Source: a virus
Taxonomy: Duplodnaviria > Caudoviricetes
Virus record (IMG/VR): IMGVR_UViG_3300021371_000016
Span: 1-57,337 of that record
DNA length: 57,337 bases
Strand: one strand, 5' to 3'
Part shown: positions 56,539 to 57,337 of the stretch, in pieces
How positions within the stretch are numbered: the stretch's first letter is position 1
How the letters are laid out: each line of letters starts with the position of its first letter
Made by a program: the position numbers and the translations under genes
Notes under the pieces: generated by a model
What the model was told of the DNA's origin: nothing
Seen by the model: the letters and a program-made list of their open reading frames with translations, nothing else
The model's database searches: none

Positions 56539-57246
56539 ATGGATAATATAACTGTACAAATAAAGTTAAAGCAAAGACTTAATAAATTATCAAGCAATGA
56601 TTATGATAATATAGAATTATGGCAAATGTCGGAGGCTTTTAATAAAGCTGCAGTTGAATGGTCTAGAAGACAACTCCACGGTGGTAATATGTATAAAGAA
56701 GGAGATGAGTTCTCTAAACGTAGGATTGATGACATGCAAGTCTTACTTAGAGAACTTCCTCTAACTGGAATAACCACAGATGATTATTTTGAAACTACAA
56801 ATTTTCCAATTGATGATTATTTAGAATACAAAAGAGTAACAGCTTCTGCCAAAGATGAATGTTGTCCAGATCTTAGAGTAATGCAAGTTTATTTAGCTGA
56901 AGAAGCAAATGTAAATTTAATACAAAGAGATCCATTAAAAAGACCAGATTTTAATTGGGCAGAAACATTTTGTACAATACTAGACAATAAAATTAGAATT
57001 TATAAAAATAAGGATTTTGATATTGTTCAGCCAATATTGACTTATTATAAAAGACCTACATACATACAATTTATAGGTGCTGTAGATCCTTATACTGGCG
57101 ATACATCCACGGTTGATGTAGAGTCAGATTTTAAAGATGATATTGTTGAATTGATATTAGATGAAGCTGCTGCAATTATAGCAGGAGATATTGATAACTT
57201 CAATCAGGCAAATAGAGAGCAACAAGCTGCAGAAAGATCTAATTAA
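56539..57246 (+). CDS. Head-tail adaptor / neck ring protein
   Basis: K..LNKL.S.....FNKA, E...RRIDD.Q.LL, Y.KRP, I.D.A..IIAGDI pattern of crAss-like ring proteins. Confidence 0.65.
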   Translation: MDNITVQIKLKQRLNKLSSNDYDNIELWQMSEAFNKAAVEWSRRQLHGGNMYKEGDEFSKRRIDDMQVLLRELPLTGITTDDYFETTNFPIDDYLEYKRVTASAKDECCPDLRVMQVYLAEEANVNLIQRDPLKRPDFNWAETFCTILDNKIRIYKNKDFDIVQPILTYYKRPTYIQFIGAVDPYTGDTSTVDVESDFKDDIVELILDEAAAIIAGDIDNFNQANREQQAAERSN

Positions 57247-57270
57247 TTTTGATTTAATTAAATCTTTTTG

Positions 57271-57283
57271 TATATTATATATG
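57271..57283 (+). promoter_or_regulatory. Candidate late promoter motif TATATTATATATG
   Basis: Identical to 51025-51037. Confidence 0.45.
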
Positions 57284-57337
57284 TCCATAAGGACAATTAT
57301 TTATTTATAACAAAAAAAACAAAAAAAAATAGCTTAT

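Noticed and set aside
1-57337. Integrase, att sites, reverse transcriptase/DGR or RNA polymerase genes
   Set aside because: No corresponding motifs in this window; they could lie outside it

Overview
AT-rich fragment of a crAss-like (Crassvirales-type) tailed phage genome, most likely infecting Bacteroidota (Flavobacteria-like), read in the standard genetic code. It has three blocks. (1) 1-2163 (+): tail end of a late module with small basic proteins, a 3TM-type holin and a fibre-like protein. (2) 2333-36180 (almost all -): replication, recombination and host-takeover genes, including family B DNA polymerase, primase, DnaB helicase, SF2 helicase, SSB-like proteins, Sak4-like ATPase, nucleases, UNG, a spore photoproduct lyase-like radical SAM enzyme, a MoxR/vWA module, ClpS and many small ORFs. 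(3) 36377-57337 (+): amidase, GroES, terminase, portal, fibres, scaffold, major capsid and neck genes. The most striking unexplained element is a ~3.1 kb, largely non-coding, hairpin-dense region (32.8-35.9 kb) at the 5' end of the leftward unit. It holds a ~940-nt GOLLD-like structured RNA candidate bracketed by two tRNA-like elements without recognisable anticodon arms, plus further structured segments and micro-ORFs. All family assignments come from motif recognition by eye; no database search was run.
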